Below are positions 11,984 to 25,454 of a stretch of DNA of 64,000 bases, piece after piece. A model generated the notes under the pieces. That model had not been told where the DNA came from. It saw only the letters and a list, made by a program, of their open reading frames with translations, and did not search any database. This DNA comes from Eledone cirrhosa (taxonomy: Eukaryota), in contig OZ024740.1 of the NCBI GenBank assembly GCA_964016885.1, positions 399,156,001 to 399,220,000 on the forward strand, written 5' to 3'. The position numbers and the translations under genes are program-made. Each line of letters starts with the position of its first letter. The stretch's first letter is position 1.

Positions 11984-12904
11984 CTAGCAGTAAAGCCCGG
12001 CGTTGCTCGGGGTCGCTCAGTAGCTGTGTTAAAGTTACAATGTTAAGTTTCTTTTTTGGCTTAAAAACTGTAGTGTCTACTGTGCAGACTTGCATGTGGT
12101 GTTTTTGATTAATATTCCCTCAACCAACAATATACCTTATGAAGTTAAGAAAACATAACGATAACCCAAATGTTATAACAAAAGAGGATGTTGGGGATAA
12201 AAACTGCACTGGTTATTTATTAACAAAGATCGAAAATGTAAACACTGCAACGCAGAGAAAAACATTAGCGTAACCAAGTTATCAGTTATGTCTGTCTGCA
12301 CGCCTATATCACCTCTCTGCACGACTGTCTGTCTGCACGCCTATATCACCTCTCTGCACGACTGTCTGTCTGCACGCCTATGTCACCACTCTGCACGACT
12401 GTCTGTCTGCACGACCGTCTGTCTGCACGCCTAACGAAATTTACAGATACATATATTTTAAATAAACTTATATAATTTTTGCTTTTTTTTACGAAATATT
12501 TGCTTGTTTTACGTAGTCTTTAAATAGACTTGTTTTCAAGTAAAAATATTGTTTTAAAAGGCTTTTAAATGGAAATGAAGCAAAACGGAAGCTTAGTGTT
12601 CGAACGTGTATTGTGTTAATGTCATTTTAAACGCTGAGAAAGCCAGCGTAATTTTTTACGTAAGACGCTCAATGTAAACAGAACAAAGGGAAATAACTGA
12701 TAACTTACGCTCAAAAATCGATACATTATATTCGATTTCGTCACATAGGGTGGGTCGATTTGAAATTTTTTTTTTTCCGATGTCTTCGCTAGGGCTCAAT
12801 GTACAAGTATAGCAATTTCGGTGCAATTCCGTGAGAGATTCTAAGAGGAGATGTGTGCCAAAAATCGATAGACAGACAGACAACCACAGTTTTATATATA
12901 TAGA
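11984..12904 (-). mobile_element. Non-autonomous Helitron, complete termini
   Basis: The - strand begins TCTATATATATAAAA and ends CCCGAGCAACGCCGGG...CTAG, inserted between A and T. It contains an internal 37-bp tandem repeat. Confidence 0.88.
12288..12432. repeat. 37-bp minisatellite inside the Helitron
   Basis: About 3 copies plus partials of ctgtctgtctgcacgcctatatcacctctctgcacga. Confidence 0.9.
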
Positions 12905-13598
12905 TTACCATTTTACAAAAAGAAAAAATAATGTCGTACATGACAAGAGCTTGGCTGTGTTACTGTGACCTAGCTTTGATTTCCTATATATAATTGTTTA
13001 CTTCAGTTATGAGGTGTTGTTTCTATTCTCTGGGCTCTGAGTTCCAATCATATTCAAGGTCAATGAATAAAATACCAATTTAATATTGGGGTCGATTCTT
13101 CGTCTATATCACCCCTCCCTCTCTCAAATCAGGTATGTTTAGAACAGGAGAGGGGATGAACTCTACCATGTTTAAAGTACCAAGACATGCCATATGTCTA
13201 CAGCACGCCTACCACTCCATACGTACATACTTATTTGATATGAATGTCACAGCATCTATTTCTCCCTCCTCAAAGTCAATAAATTTAATTATTCATTAAC
13301 GAATATATTTTTTTAACTTTTGTGATTTTTTGTTTGGAAATATAAAAGAGAATATTCTATATGATTAAGATTGTCATCATTTTACTTTTAGCATTGTGTC
13401 TAAATCAGAAGCCATTTTACGTTTGGCATGGGTCGGAGAAACTATGTGCCATAACTTTAGATTTTTTTTGTTTTTGCAATTTTCCTATTGAAGTTAGAAC
13501 TTTGTGGTATTTTTACCTGCCATAGATTGAGCAGAAGTCTGAGCGAAACTCTGATTCTGAGACAGTCGTTATCCAGCTGGGTTTTAGTTTAGACTGCA

Positions 13599-14152
13599 CT
13601 AGCAGATTTACCCGGCGTTGCTCGGGGTTTGAAATTATGCTAAGAATATACAGCTAGGAAGTAAAAGAACATTATTTGTCCCCAACCTGTCAAAATAATC
13701 AGAAGTCTTCAATAATTAATGCAAACGAATATTTAGTGCAATCTTTGTACACATAAAACTATGCTGATCATGAAGGAAAACACTGAACAGGATGTAGTTA
13801 TACAAATGATTAAAGAAAATACACGTTGTAAATCTGTAAAAAAAACAGGCAGTTTTGCTAAAGTACAAAAAGTTAATATTTGGTGAAAAGGTTATCTCCC
13901 TTTTTTTTTTATAAGGATTGTCAATAAAGTTTGTTATCTCCCTTACATCAATTTTTCTACCGATAATTTTGATATCGATTTTTTATTGCTCAACGTGGGT
14001 CGATTTGAAAAATATTTGTGATGTAACAATCTTAGGGACCTGTGCAACGTGCACAGAAAATTTGGTCAAATTCAGTTGGTAATTGTGAAAGCCTTATGCA
14101 TGCCAAGTTGTACACAGACACACACACATCCTCGCTTTTATATATATAAAGA
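13599..14152 (-). mobile_element. Non-autonomous Helitron, complete termini
   Basis: The - strand runs TCTTTATATATATAAAA ... CCCGAGCAACGCCGGG..CTAG at an A|T insertion site. It shares the internal gtgggtcgatttgaaa motif with 11984-12904. Confidence 0.85.
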
Positions 14153-14250
14153 TGTGTATAGCATTCAGATATGCGCTACTGTGGGACTAGGATATAGGAG
14201 TTGAAATATGCCAGCTGGTGTTGGTCAAAAGAATGTACAAGGTTGTCTAA

Positions 14251-14442
14251 TAATTGTTTCTACTTTTGGCACAAGGCCAGCTATTACCCAGTACATTACT
14301 GGTACTTTATTTTATTGACCCCGTAAGGATGAAAGGCAAAGTTAACCTCAGTGAGATTTGAACTCAGATCATAAAGGGCCGTAACTCTATGCTTCAAAGC
14401 ATGGCGTCTGACCCTCTACCGATACTACGAATCCACCGCCCC
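14251..14442 (-). mobile_element. SINE, full length (gcctttcatcc...ggggtcgataaa core)
   Basis: Reverse complement of 60613-60803; a partial copy is at 14761-14878. Confidence 0.88.
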
Positions 14443-14632
14443 TAAGGTTGTCTAATGTATTTACCGTTCTAATTTAAAAAAAAGTATAACTAGTTCAGTG
14501 TCTCCACTGCATACCTGAAATTGTATCTTCATAACTTTCTTAATTGTTCATATTCTTTAAATGACATTTTGCAGAAATATGTCTTCAAAGGTATAGACTA
14601 AGATTATATTTAGAAGAAAAAAAATTATTTGC

Positions 14633-14695
14633 TTTTTAATCCATCATGCCTTCCAATTTCACCTGGTGAAATTGGAAGGCATGATGGATTAAAAA
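14633..14695. repeat. Perfect inverted repeat, 31-bp arms
   Basis: tttttaatccatcatgccttccaatttcacc-t-ggtgaaattggaaggcatgatggattaaaaa. Confidence 0.95.
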
Positions 14696-16199
14696 AAAAT
14701 GTTAGTTTTATTTCGTTTGCATTTATAATAACAATAAATCATTAATACGATATTATAAATATAATTGTTTCTACTTTTGGCACAAGGCCAGCAATTACCC
14801 AGTGCATTACTGGTACTTTATTTTATCGACCCCGTAAGGATGAAAGGCAAAGTTAACCTCGGCGGGATTTGAACTCAGAATGCACAAAAATATATGATCA
14901 AAGCGAGAGAAAAAACAAAAAAAAAACAATTCCTCACCAAGTACGTCGATTGGTCACACACCACAAGGGTCAATGGACATTTTTTAGGCAAGCCAACACA
15001 CTGGCAGCATTACCTCGGGTGACGGCGAGGCTAAAGTGCAGAAACAACCAAGCACCCTTACAGGCATCACCTGACACTTGTTAGGCGAGCCGTTAATGAA
15101 AGAACTTCTCTGTCAATAGCCCAGCTACAAACAATTGAAAAGTAATAAAAAAACACATTAATGAATGGGACTACACAAACAATGACAGTATTATTTCCAA
15201 GTAATCGTAAAAGAAACTTTCACTTTTTGGGGTGAGGCGCTAAACAGTAGCTATACAAAAAAAAAAACAAAAAAACCCAACACTTTATCAGACTTGCAAG
15301 AGATAAATAAAGTTTTGATTTATTCAAAGAAACAAAACAGCTTTTGTTATAAATGGAGAATGTCATATATAGTTGATGTCCATTATGTAACTAGACTATT
15401 AACTTCATTTTCAGAGATTAAATTGTAGTGTAAATGTAAATGTTAAAAAAATGTTTCCTCTATAACAATGAGGGTAGTTAATGGACTGAAAAAAAAAAAA
15501 AAACATACAGTGATCTCCGTATCTTACACACGGTTGTTGAGAATATGGCGGTTTTGAACATATCCGGTCGTTAAAAAAAAAAAAATCTAAAAACTTGTAA
15601 AACGCTTTATACCTTACTATGTGAGACTGCATCACTTGATGTATGGAGAAAACTTTATTCCCTTCCGCTGTTGTTCTTTTCCTGAGTGTTTATAACTCCC
15701 AGAAAAAATCTGCCCTTGTGCCCCTTCAAAACATTGATGTAGATAAGCACTTTTATATGAGTCTTTAATATACGCATTTTTAAATAAAGATAATGCAAAA
15801 GGCGGGGGCAATTGACAGCATAAGATGCTGTCCCTCTGTAATTGTACAACAACTCTTTTTTTCATACATTTAAGTAAAACAAGTTTTTTAAGGCCAGTTT
15901 GTTTGCTAAAGCAGGAGTTTGCTTTGTTGGCCCTATGATAGGCTTAATCATACTGATCATAGGGTTCATTTTGAGGTAATTTCTAATGCCTGATGCTCTT
16001 CTTGATGCCAACCATCTCTTATGGTGTATTTATTCTAAAATAGATACAGATGACTATCAGATTTGTATTTCTAACGTTTTTATTTTCCTTCTCTTTGCAT
16101 GTTCAGTGTTCTTTCTCTTCCACTGTATTTACCTGCCTCTCACATGACCACACTCATCTCCATGCACTCATACTCCCCCCCCCCCCCCCCTTCTCCACT

Positions 16200-19100
16200 T
16201 TCTATCCCTCCCTCTGCTCACCTCACCTATGTCTTCGTTCAACCCATCGGTGGCCCGATGTTTCGACCGAACTATCACCGGTGATTGCCGATAGCTAAAG
16301 TTGCCACCACTTTAACCTAGTCCACTCTAGCATGCGTCGAACGACCAAGAGACCTGCTTGGTGGAACGACTATGTGACAAACAGTCAGCCTTCGACCTCT
16401 CATTCTCCACCAACTGTGGCACGCACGAGAGGAGCTAACTTGCCCCCACCTACCCCCTCCTCCTCTTCACGGCAGATTCCGAACGAATCCAATCCGGCCA
16501 ACCACAACTGTTAGCCCACCACCCAGCTCCACTCTAGTCCCACCGTTAAGAACCTCTGCTGTCTCCTTTACTGACTCAGTCCCTCCACCGAATTCCAACG
16601 CTGGCCCTCTACTGCCAGCTGCTGCCAGCCCACCACCTGATTGCGCTCTCTGTGCCCGCACTAGTCGGTACTTAAAGACAATTAAATGTCACCTATGCTA
16701 CGCAAGCTACCACAGAAGCTGTATCGGCATCACCAAAATTCAAGCTGAAAGGCTTCAACACTGGACCTGTAATCGGTGCCACTTCAGCTCCGACGTATTC
16801 CGTGGGGATTCCCCACGCTTTGATGACCTACTCTCTACTGAGGACTTTGTCACAGCCCTCCAGGGCTTCTCCAAATCAAAGCTCGCTAACCGGATCCCTA
16901 AGGGAGCTTGGAATAGCTTTGCACGTGCCCTCTCTAATTTACTGAAAAACGTTTGCTCGTCCAACAATAGGTCTGACTGGCAGAAATTGTTTTTGTTTCC
17001 TCTCATCTCTCTCCACGTGCACAATGTGAACTCGGGTTCCCTCACGTCCTCTCTCAGGCGGCAGTTCCAGCTGTTTGAGTCCACCCCAACCACGTCTCAC
17101 CTCAGTTCGACATCAAGCCCGGTATCCACCAACAGACAACAGTAGACCTCAAGCGAGCGGTCAATGCCAAATTCAGCGAATTTGACATTAAAGAGGCTGT
17201 CTGTCTCCTCTCTTCTCTGTCCTCTGAAAGAGAAGCACCCATCGGCACCCCCAGATGATCAGCTACACTGGCCCGAACCACCAGAATACTCGAGACCGGT
17301 TTACACCACCGATATCATCAGAAAGGCAATTTCATCCTTCCCCGCTGGGTCAAGTACGGGAATTGACGGCCTTCGTCCTCAACACCTCAAGGATGGTATC
17401 TCCTTATCGGCCAGTGACGCCGGACTCGAGCTCCTGGAGAGTCTGACCCTCAAGGTCATCCTCAAACTTGACCTCAGGAATGCCTTCAACTCCGTCAGCC
17501 GTAACATCGTCCTCGGCTCAGTAAGAGAGAGGGTCCCACAACTCTACCATTTTGCTTGGCAGGCTTATTGGGAGCCCTCCTACCTCTCTTTCGGTGACCA
17601 GGTCATCACCTCTGCCTCAGGACCCACCCGGGCCCGCACTGTTTGCATTGGGCATTGATGACGTCACCAAGATGAGGGTTGAGTTGGACCTCAATGTCTG
17701 GTACCTCGACGACGCCTGTTTGGGGGGAACTCCGGATATGGTTCTCACCACTGCCAACAGGATGGTGGAGGAGCTTGGCCGCCGGGGTCTCCAAATCAAT
17801 AGCTCCAAATGTGAGCTCTAGATCCTCAACCACCTGGCTTCTCAACACCAACAGCTGATCGACCTGTTCACAGAGTCCTTCCCTTCCATCGCGGTCCCTC
17901 CTCCGTCAGCTTGGTGCTCCTTAGGAGCTCCAATCACAGACCTGGCCTTCGAGTCAACCTTCCAATTGAAGATGGTTGGCCTTGAACAGCTGCTGAGGAA
18001 TATTGAAGTTATCGAACCCCATCAAGGTTTCTTCCTACTCAGGAACTACCTGTCTATTCCTAAGCTTCTGTATCTGCTCAGGGTCAGCCCTCTCACAGAT
18101 TTCCGTCCTGCCTCCAACACTTCGACGACCTAATCTTTGAGAGTCTCGAGTGCCTGGTCAATGCTAGACTCTCTTCAGAATCCCGCTATCAGGCTGCATT
18201 GTCCAAGCGATTTGGAGGTCTTGGTCTTTGTAAGTGTTCGTCCCTCTCTCTCCCCTGTTTCCTCTCCTCAACCCACGCTTGCTCCACCCTGGTGAGCAGC
18301 ATCCTCTCCTCTCCTCTCCAACATGGACTAGTTCCAACAGGGAGTTGGGTAAATCTTTCCAGCAATGAAGTGAGTTGGGCTTGTCTCTTCCTGAGAAGGT
18401 GGAGGACAGTCGAAGTCAGAGAACTTGGGACAGCATAAGTTCGAAGGCCACCTTCGACTCTCTCTTCGTCCAGTCAGATCAGTTTGCTTACTACCTGCCA
18501 GCGCCAGATACTCAGGCGACTGGGTCGATGCCCTACCCGTGGCCAATGTTGGTGGCCTACTTAGCCTGGACGAACTTCGTGTTGCCATCGCCCTCAGAGT
18601 GGAAGCTGACGTCTGCATGGGTTTGAGGTGCTGATGCGGCAAACTCCTCGACTCCACAGACCTCCACGGTCTTTCTTGCTGCCTGAATGCCAGCTGCTTT
18701 GTGCATCACATGGAGCTAAACCTCATTCTCAGAAGAGCTTTGGCCTTGGCGAACATCCGCTCTATGTTAGAACCATCTAAGTTGTCCAGAAGTGACAGCA
18801 AAAGACCTGACGGCCTTACCCTGTGCCCCTGGCCAAGAAGCAGGTGCCTTGTCTGGGACGTCACTGTTAGTGACTCTATTGCTCTTTCCCACATCCTGGA
18901 TGCTGCGGTTAGGACGAGAGCCACAGCTGAGTGGAGTAAGACCCTCAAATACTCTGATCTGTTGACCAGCTTCATTTTTCAGCCTGTAGCCTTCGAGACG
19001 TTTGGGGGAGTCGGGCTGCTGACTGTGAGGTTCCTCTCTTTACTGGCTGGCGGCTCGCCTAATAGAGGTAACTGGTGAATCTTGCGAGGGCGCTTGGTTG

Positions 19101-19285
19101 TTCCAGGGCTTTAGCTTCTCCATCACCCGAGACAATGCTGCGAGTGTTCTGGCTCGCCACAAAAATCATTAGAGAGGTTGCCCGGTACTCCTTGCGATGT
19201 TGCTGTCTTTTGCTCTGGTGTTGGCTAGGTTGTTCACCCCTTCCTTTATATTTTCTTTAATATTGTAACATTAAAAGAATATATC
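16200..19285 (+). mobile_element. Decayed CRE-like non-LTR retrotransposon (PHD - RT - CCHC - restriction-like endonuclease)
   Basis: PHD finger at 16642-16779; GSSTGIDGLRPQHL; LKLDLRNAFNSVSR; WYLDD (~17700); RFGGLGL; C*CG..D..HGLSC knuckle (~18630-18680); KRPDGLTLCPW...LVWDVT and PVAFETFG. GC-rich island; boundaries approximate. Confidence 0.85.
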
Positions 19286-20114
19286 TTTCTTTAAGTAACT
19301 GGTACTTGTTTTATTGACTAAGAACAAATAAAAGTTATTAATCTCCAAGTAGGCTGATGATCAATGTATTCCAGCTATGATCATCCTGTATTTTTTTTAT
19401 TAGGCATAGTATATCTTGGACTATATTTTTCATTTTGTCCTATTTTTTAAAATAAGATGTTAGGTTGTGTTTTGAAGGCGATTTGGTTATGATTTCAAGC
19501 AGATCAAGTAACTATGTAGGGCTCTTTCATTGACTTGAATGAAATTTGCAGTTGCTGTGTTTCACCCCTGGTCAGCACTGATTGAGCAGACCTGTGGTCA
19601 AAGGCATTTTGGCTATCTTTTTATGTCTGTAAAACTGTATTATCTAATATGTCACTTCCTTATTTAATATAGTGGGTGAGCAAGATGCTTCGTTTCATGT
19701 TGTTTTTTATAGTATGATTTGGGCCACTATCATTAAAACAGAAGAAATATCCTATGGGATGCAACCTTGTAAGAAGTCAGTGAAACCTACATAGGTGTGA
19801 GCTGTAAATTTCAATTATATCACTGAAAGAGAGTGAAGGATATAAATATTTGGTTGTTACAGAATGAAGTAAAATAGGAGGAAATAAAAGAAAAAATTTG
19901 AGAAAATGTAAATGGAGGGTTGAGGAAAGAATATCATTAAAAGAAGTTAATGTAGGAGCAATACTCTTTTGTGATTTTCTGCAGCTTTTCCTCAGTGGAT
20001 AAAAACTAATGATAGAGATGCACCAGATGAGAACAGCTACTCTAATAACAGTGAAATACAAAACTAGTTAAAATTTGTTCAAATGACACTATATAAAATT
20101 AGTTATTTACACCA

Positions 20115-20452
20115 TAGTGATGACTGAATGGTTAAGTTCATTTCTTAATCATTAGGTACCATGTTTGATTCCACAGCATGGCATCTTGGGCAAATGTCAT
20201 TTACCATAGACTCAAGTTGACCTAAGTCTTGTAAGTTAAATCAAGTAAACAGAAACTGTTTGTAAGCCCATCAGATGGATTGTACATGAAATTCAAATGG
20301 GCCAGCCATATGTCATACTAAATCATGATAATTATGTTAAGGGTACAGGTGTCTGAGGAATGTTCTGCCACTTGTATGTTAATTTTATGAGCAGGTTGTT
20401 CTGTTGATAAAAAAAAACTGGAACTCTTGTCACCAAAACTAACAGAGGTCCA
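20115..20452 (+). mobile_element. Old tRNA-derived SINE (family also at 36740-37056, 52180-52600, 55745-56090)
   Basis: Shared core gggccagcc...gtcacac...gagaattatgttaagggtaca...gttaattt...aactggaac. Confidence 0.7.
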
Positions 20453-20993
20453 TTTATCTTTCTTAATCCATATTCAGTTTAAATATGTAATAGAACTGTA
20501 CCATAGGATATCAAAGAAGAACTGTTCTCTTTATTAGAAAGGCAGCAAATTGGCAGATTTGTTTCGATTTACTGCATGCTGTGTTCAAATCTCACTGAGG
20601 TCAACTTTGCCTTTCATCCTTTTGAGGTTGATAAATAAAGTAGCAGTTCAGTATTGGGGTCGATTCTTAATCTCTCTTTATTCCATTCTCTCTCTGGAAG
20701 ACATTGGTAGTGTTACAGCCTGGACTGTGATGGTCTCCGCCAGGCTTAAAATACCCAAGACAATATTGTCAGTATGGCATCCCTACGACTCCCATCATGA
20801 GTTAAGAAACTTTTACCTTCATTTCACTTTATTGGAATTTCAGTTGAACTTGAATATATATTAAGCTATGTAGCTACCAAATATATATATATATGCTTGT
20901 TGATTCTTCTGTTTACTTCTTTTAAAATATTTAATTTCACTTCATTGATTTTAATCATACATGAACTATTATCATTTTTTTTCTAATTACCAG

Positions 20994-21113
20994 GATGCCT
21001 GTTCGGTATTACAAACTTTGCAGTCTGTAATGGCTGTACGAGAGAAGGCTGTAAAACATGCATATCATGAATTAACACAGACCAAAAAGGGATTCCTCTG
21101 TTTAGGAATGACA
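20994..21113 (+). CDS. FPGS: FPGS exon (DACSVLQTLQSVMAVREK...FLCLGMT)
   Basis: cag|GAT...ACA|gtaaga, 120 nt, phase 0/0; resembles the N-terminal DAVRMLNTLQ helix of animal FPGS. Confidence 0.8.
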
Positions 21114-24100
21114 GTAAGAGTTATTTTATTTCATTTCATTCTTATGTATAAATCTCTCTCTATATATATACCATTTAAGTTAGTCTGATTACCAATGAGT
21201 AGAACTGGTGGTTTTGGTTGGCAAACCATGATGTAACAAATCAATCAAACCACTCAACATTATGCAAGTCATCCATCGTAAAGTATTTATTAAACAACAG
21301 AAAGCCTGACTGGAAAATTTGCTTTAGAGTTTTAATTCCGGGAAATCACAATACGCATTTTGATGACCCAGCTCCATCATCCAATTATGATGCAAGACAG
21401 GACAATCTCATCATGTAACTTCGACAGAATTACATAATAGGGTTACGTTGAACCCACACATATGGAAGATAGGGAAAAGAGAATAGGAAATTGAAAATTC
21501 GATTTGGGGTCTGCCTGTAAAAAAACTGTTGTATTGAGAAGACTTTTCAATTGTGTCTGTTACATGACAATCTCTCTCATCCTAGTTCCACAATAAAATG
21601 CACCCATTACACCCTGCAATGTGGTTGGTGATAGAAACCATGCTAAAACCAGAACATAAGTAAGCAAGATGTGGGCCCTTGGCCTATTGGTGAAAAGACA
21701 GTAACTCTGACTTGGTCCATTATGACCTGTTCAACCCATGCTAGCAGGGAAAATGGATGCTAAATGATGATGATGATGATGATGATGCATTACTAAAATC
21801 AACATTAATTGTTACAACAACTATAAAACAAATACATAAATAATAGTCAAACAAAATAACATTGTTTTCTCTTCTATTGTCTCTTTTTTTCACATGATGT
21901 CATCTGTGCTTTCTTTTAGTCATATGTCAGCTGTTTGTACCTCTCTTCACAAACCATACATTATCATCTTAAAAGAAAGATAACACATTAGATAATGCAG
22001 TCTAATGAAAATATAAATTGAATGTTCAGAGACAATAGTTGTCTCTCTCTTTCACTTTTTTACTCTCTTGATAGCAACTCTCTCTTTATCTTCTTACTCT
22101 CTGTGGTTAGTTGTGAGTTCTACACCTTCTAATAGTCTAAACTGATAAATTTCTGTATTTTATCACCAGGCTTTGGTAGGAAGTGGGTGGGGTGACTTCA
22201 GAACATTCTGGGTGGGCACTGTAATTTACAATAATTCAAAAGGCTGAGTTTTGAAATAAGTATATCATACGTTTTAAAAATAAGTATATAATCCTTTTTT
22301 TTAAGAAGTACCATTGAAAAATAGGGTTGTGGGGGCATCTCTCACTCGTCATATACCCACACTGCTCTGTTAGCACGGTTGAAACAATTACTATCTTGAA
22401 CTGGCTACATTAATTTAGTCTTTACATTATTTTAGTCTCTTCATCTACATGTATCCCTGACTGACATACAAATTATTCAAACACCTGTAATCTTTTTCCT
22501 TACCTTCAGACCCAACTGTTGCACTACCAAAGCCTGTTCTTTCATAGGATCACTTGATCACTGTCATATCAAAGCATCTCTTCCTCTTCAAACCTCTGTT
22601 TCAATCCTTTACCATTTACATTACTCTATATTTACTATTATATTTTCATGGTAAAGGCTTTATCTCACATAATATCAAATCTATGATATTTTGATATTCT
22701 TTCCTTTTTTTGAGAAATGCTGGATATCAAATGTGACAAATGAAATTATATTAGATCAAGAGGGTAGCAATATGATACATCTAAGCCAGATCTTGATATG
22801 ATACATCTGCTCTAGAGCTTTCCAAAATTTTCAAAGATATGAATTTTTATGGAACATTGAATTTTTTTTTTAGTGATAGAAAATGAATGAAATCAATTGC
22901 TAAAGGGTTAAGTATATATTGTAGAGAGTCAGGTGGAATAGAGAAGGGGAGTTAGAGGAGTGTTTATTCTGTTTGTTGTATTTTGTATGTGTAGTGTAAA
23001 GTTACAAGTAAGACAGAACCATATTAGTTGGGAAGTGGTGAGTAAGAGCATTCTGCTAAGCTTTTAATGACACCTTTGACAAGAGTCTAATTAAGTCTGG
23101 CTGCATTTGGAATGGTTAGAAAGCTAAAGGTTCATCATCTTCCCCTTAAATTGTTGCTGCCTGTTTACCAACCATTTTACAGAATGTACTAGGTGCATTT
23201 TATTGTAACACCAACGCCAGTGAGGTTACCTTGAATCAAGCAAGACTAAAGAGTACTCACTATTCTATGTTGTATTTGTGCTTTCACTGTATGTGACCAA
23301 GAGAGGGAATAGAAGAGAGAGCAATGAAAAGATAAACAGGAGTGTAGGGGAGAAACAGAAATTGGGGTGAGAGGGTAGTAAAAGAGGGTGTAATGGAGGT
23401 GTCATTGCTGGAAGGAGTAATGAAAGAGAAATAGTAATGGCACTGTCATGGAAGAACAAGGGTGAATGGGAGAAGGTAGCATGGTTATGGTGGAAGAAAG
23501 AGGGTGCAGAGGGAGAGAGTTATGGAAAGGAGGTAACACTGGAAACACTAATGGCAGGAAGTAATGAAAGAGAGATAATGATGGCAGCTACATGTTTACT
23601 GGGAAGAGAGACAGGGTGGTGGTTTGAAACAGAAATGAATCATGGTAAGAGAAAGTGATGGATATCACTGACAAGTGACCTGGGGGAGATGAAGTGATAG
23701 CTGGCAGAAAAAGTAATAGACTGTATTGGGTACAAACAAATCTGATGTAATCCATCATATACAGGTATTATGTTGGAGGAGAGAAATAGCATAATAAGGT
23801 TGATAGTCAGGAAATATTAAACAAAGGCAGGGCCAGTCTGATTATATAATTCTTCAAGTGTGTATGGCAAGCCTGGATGCTGATTGACATCATATTTTTT
23901 AACCTTTCTGTTATCATATCAACCATAATAATACTCCATGTGTGTTTTTATATTTATATATATCTCCATCTGTAACTCTTTAAAATTTACACACGCACGT
24001 ACGCACACACATGCTGCATTTCTTGCTGCGATAAGAAGTCTGCTTTCCAATCACAAAGCCATAGTTTCTAATCCTACATTTGTCTCTGTAAATTCTTATT

Positions 24101-24179
24101 TCTCTAAAGTTGCTCATACATTTAATTATGAATGTCATTGTACATATATGCTGAACATTTATGTAATTATATCCTAGAA

Positions 24180-24365
24180 ATAATTGTTTCTACTTTTGGC
24201 ACAAGGCCAGTAATTACCCAGTACATTACTGGTACTTTATTTTATCGACCCCGTAAGGATGAAAGGCAAAGTGAACCTTGGCGGGATTTGAACTCAGATC
24301 GTAAAGGGACGTAACTCTATACGTCAAAGCATGACGTCCGACCCTCTACCGATACTGCCAATCCA
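24180..24365 (-). mobile_element. SINE copy
   Basis: Reverse complement of the 60613 family; forms an inverted pair with 24498-24663. Confidence 0.88.
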
Positions 24366-24497
24366 TGTGTCAATAATGAACATAAACTATAGGGTAATGC
24401 AAATCCCCCAGTTTGTATGATTGTTCATATATCTGGTAATCCTGGTATATATAGCATATCAAACCTGGACTCCAAAAATTAAATGTTCAATGCTGTT

Positions 24498-24663
24498 GGC
24501 GGTGGATTGGCAGTATCAGTAGAGGGTCGGATGCCATGCTTTGCAGCAAAGAGTTACGGCCCTTTATGGTATGAGTTCAAATACCACCAAGGTCGATAAA
24601 ATAAAGTACCAGTAATACACTGGGATAATTGCTGACCTTCTGCCAAAAGTAGAAACAATTATT
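24498..24663 (+). mobile_element. SINE copy with internal deletion
   Basis: ggcggtggattggcagtatc...gagttcaaat...gtcgataaaataaagtaccagt...gtagaaacaattatt. Confidence 0.85.
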
Positions 24664-24794
24664 GCTAACACTGGTCGACTAGATTTAAACAAAAGACACT
24701 GCCTAAGATTTTCAATTAATTTTGAATATAATGAAGTAATGTAACTAACTTTCTCATTATTAAGCTACTGTTTAATACAGGTTCTTATATAAAA

Positions 24795-24997
24795 CTAGCA
24801 GAAAAACCACCCCTCATGTGGTTTTTCTGCTAGCATGTGTAGTGTGTATATTGATATTATATACAAGTATATATACATGTAGATATGATACATCAAATAA
24901 AATCGTAATTGACAATATACACAGAAATTAAAGAGAGACTGTGTTACACTCTTATGTAATCAGTAACGTAATCCACGATACATTTTATAAAGACGAT
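24795..24997 (-). mobile_element. Helitron 3'-end fragment homologous to 277-465
   Basis: ctagcagaaaaaccac...gtggtttttctgctag hairpin plus ~160 bp alignable to 315-465; abuts an RTE 3' UTR fragment (24997-25247). Confidence 0.8.
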
Positions 24998-25454
24998 CAT
25001 CATCATCATCATCAACGTTTAACGTCTATCTTCCACGCTAGCATGGGTTTAGACGGGAATTGTCCTACTTGAAGCAAGATTGGTCGGGTGACCATGTCTC
25101 GCTCGTATAGGGCTGTCTGGCAGGTTTTCTACGGCTGGATGCTCTTCCTAACACCAACCACGTTTACAGTGTGGAACTGGGAGGTTTTTACCGTGTTACC
25201 TACATGGCCACATTACAGCGTGGACTGTGTGTTTTTTTGTTGTGACACATATTATATATAAACTGCATTAGGAAAAAATTAGCAACAGAAATATATGAAT
25301 ATTTATTTAAATGATCACTAACCGGAAGTGTTGATATTTGAAAATTTTAAAGAAGTGAATTTTTAAATAAACAATAAAATATATTTAATGAACAGCCACG
25401 AAATTTAGTATATAAATTATCTATATAAATTATCTAATATTCATTCATTATTTG

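Noticed and set aside
12990-13020. Candidate FPGS first exon ending ...SYE|gt
   Set aside because: There is an upstream in-frame stop with no ATG and the donor is weak; exon 1 remains unlocated.
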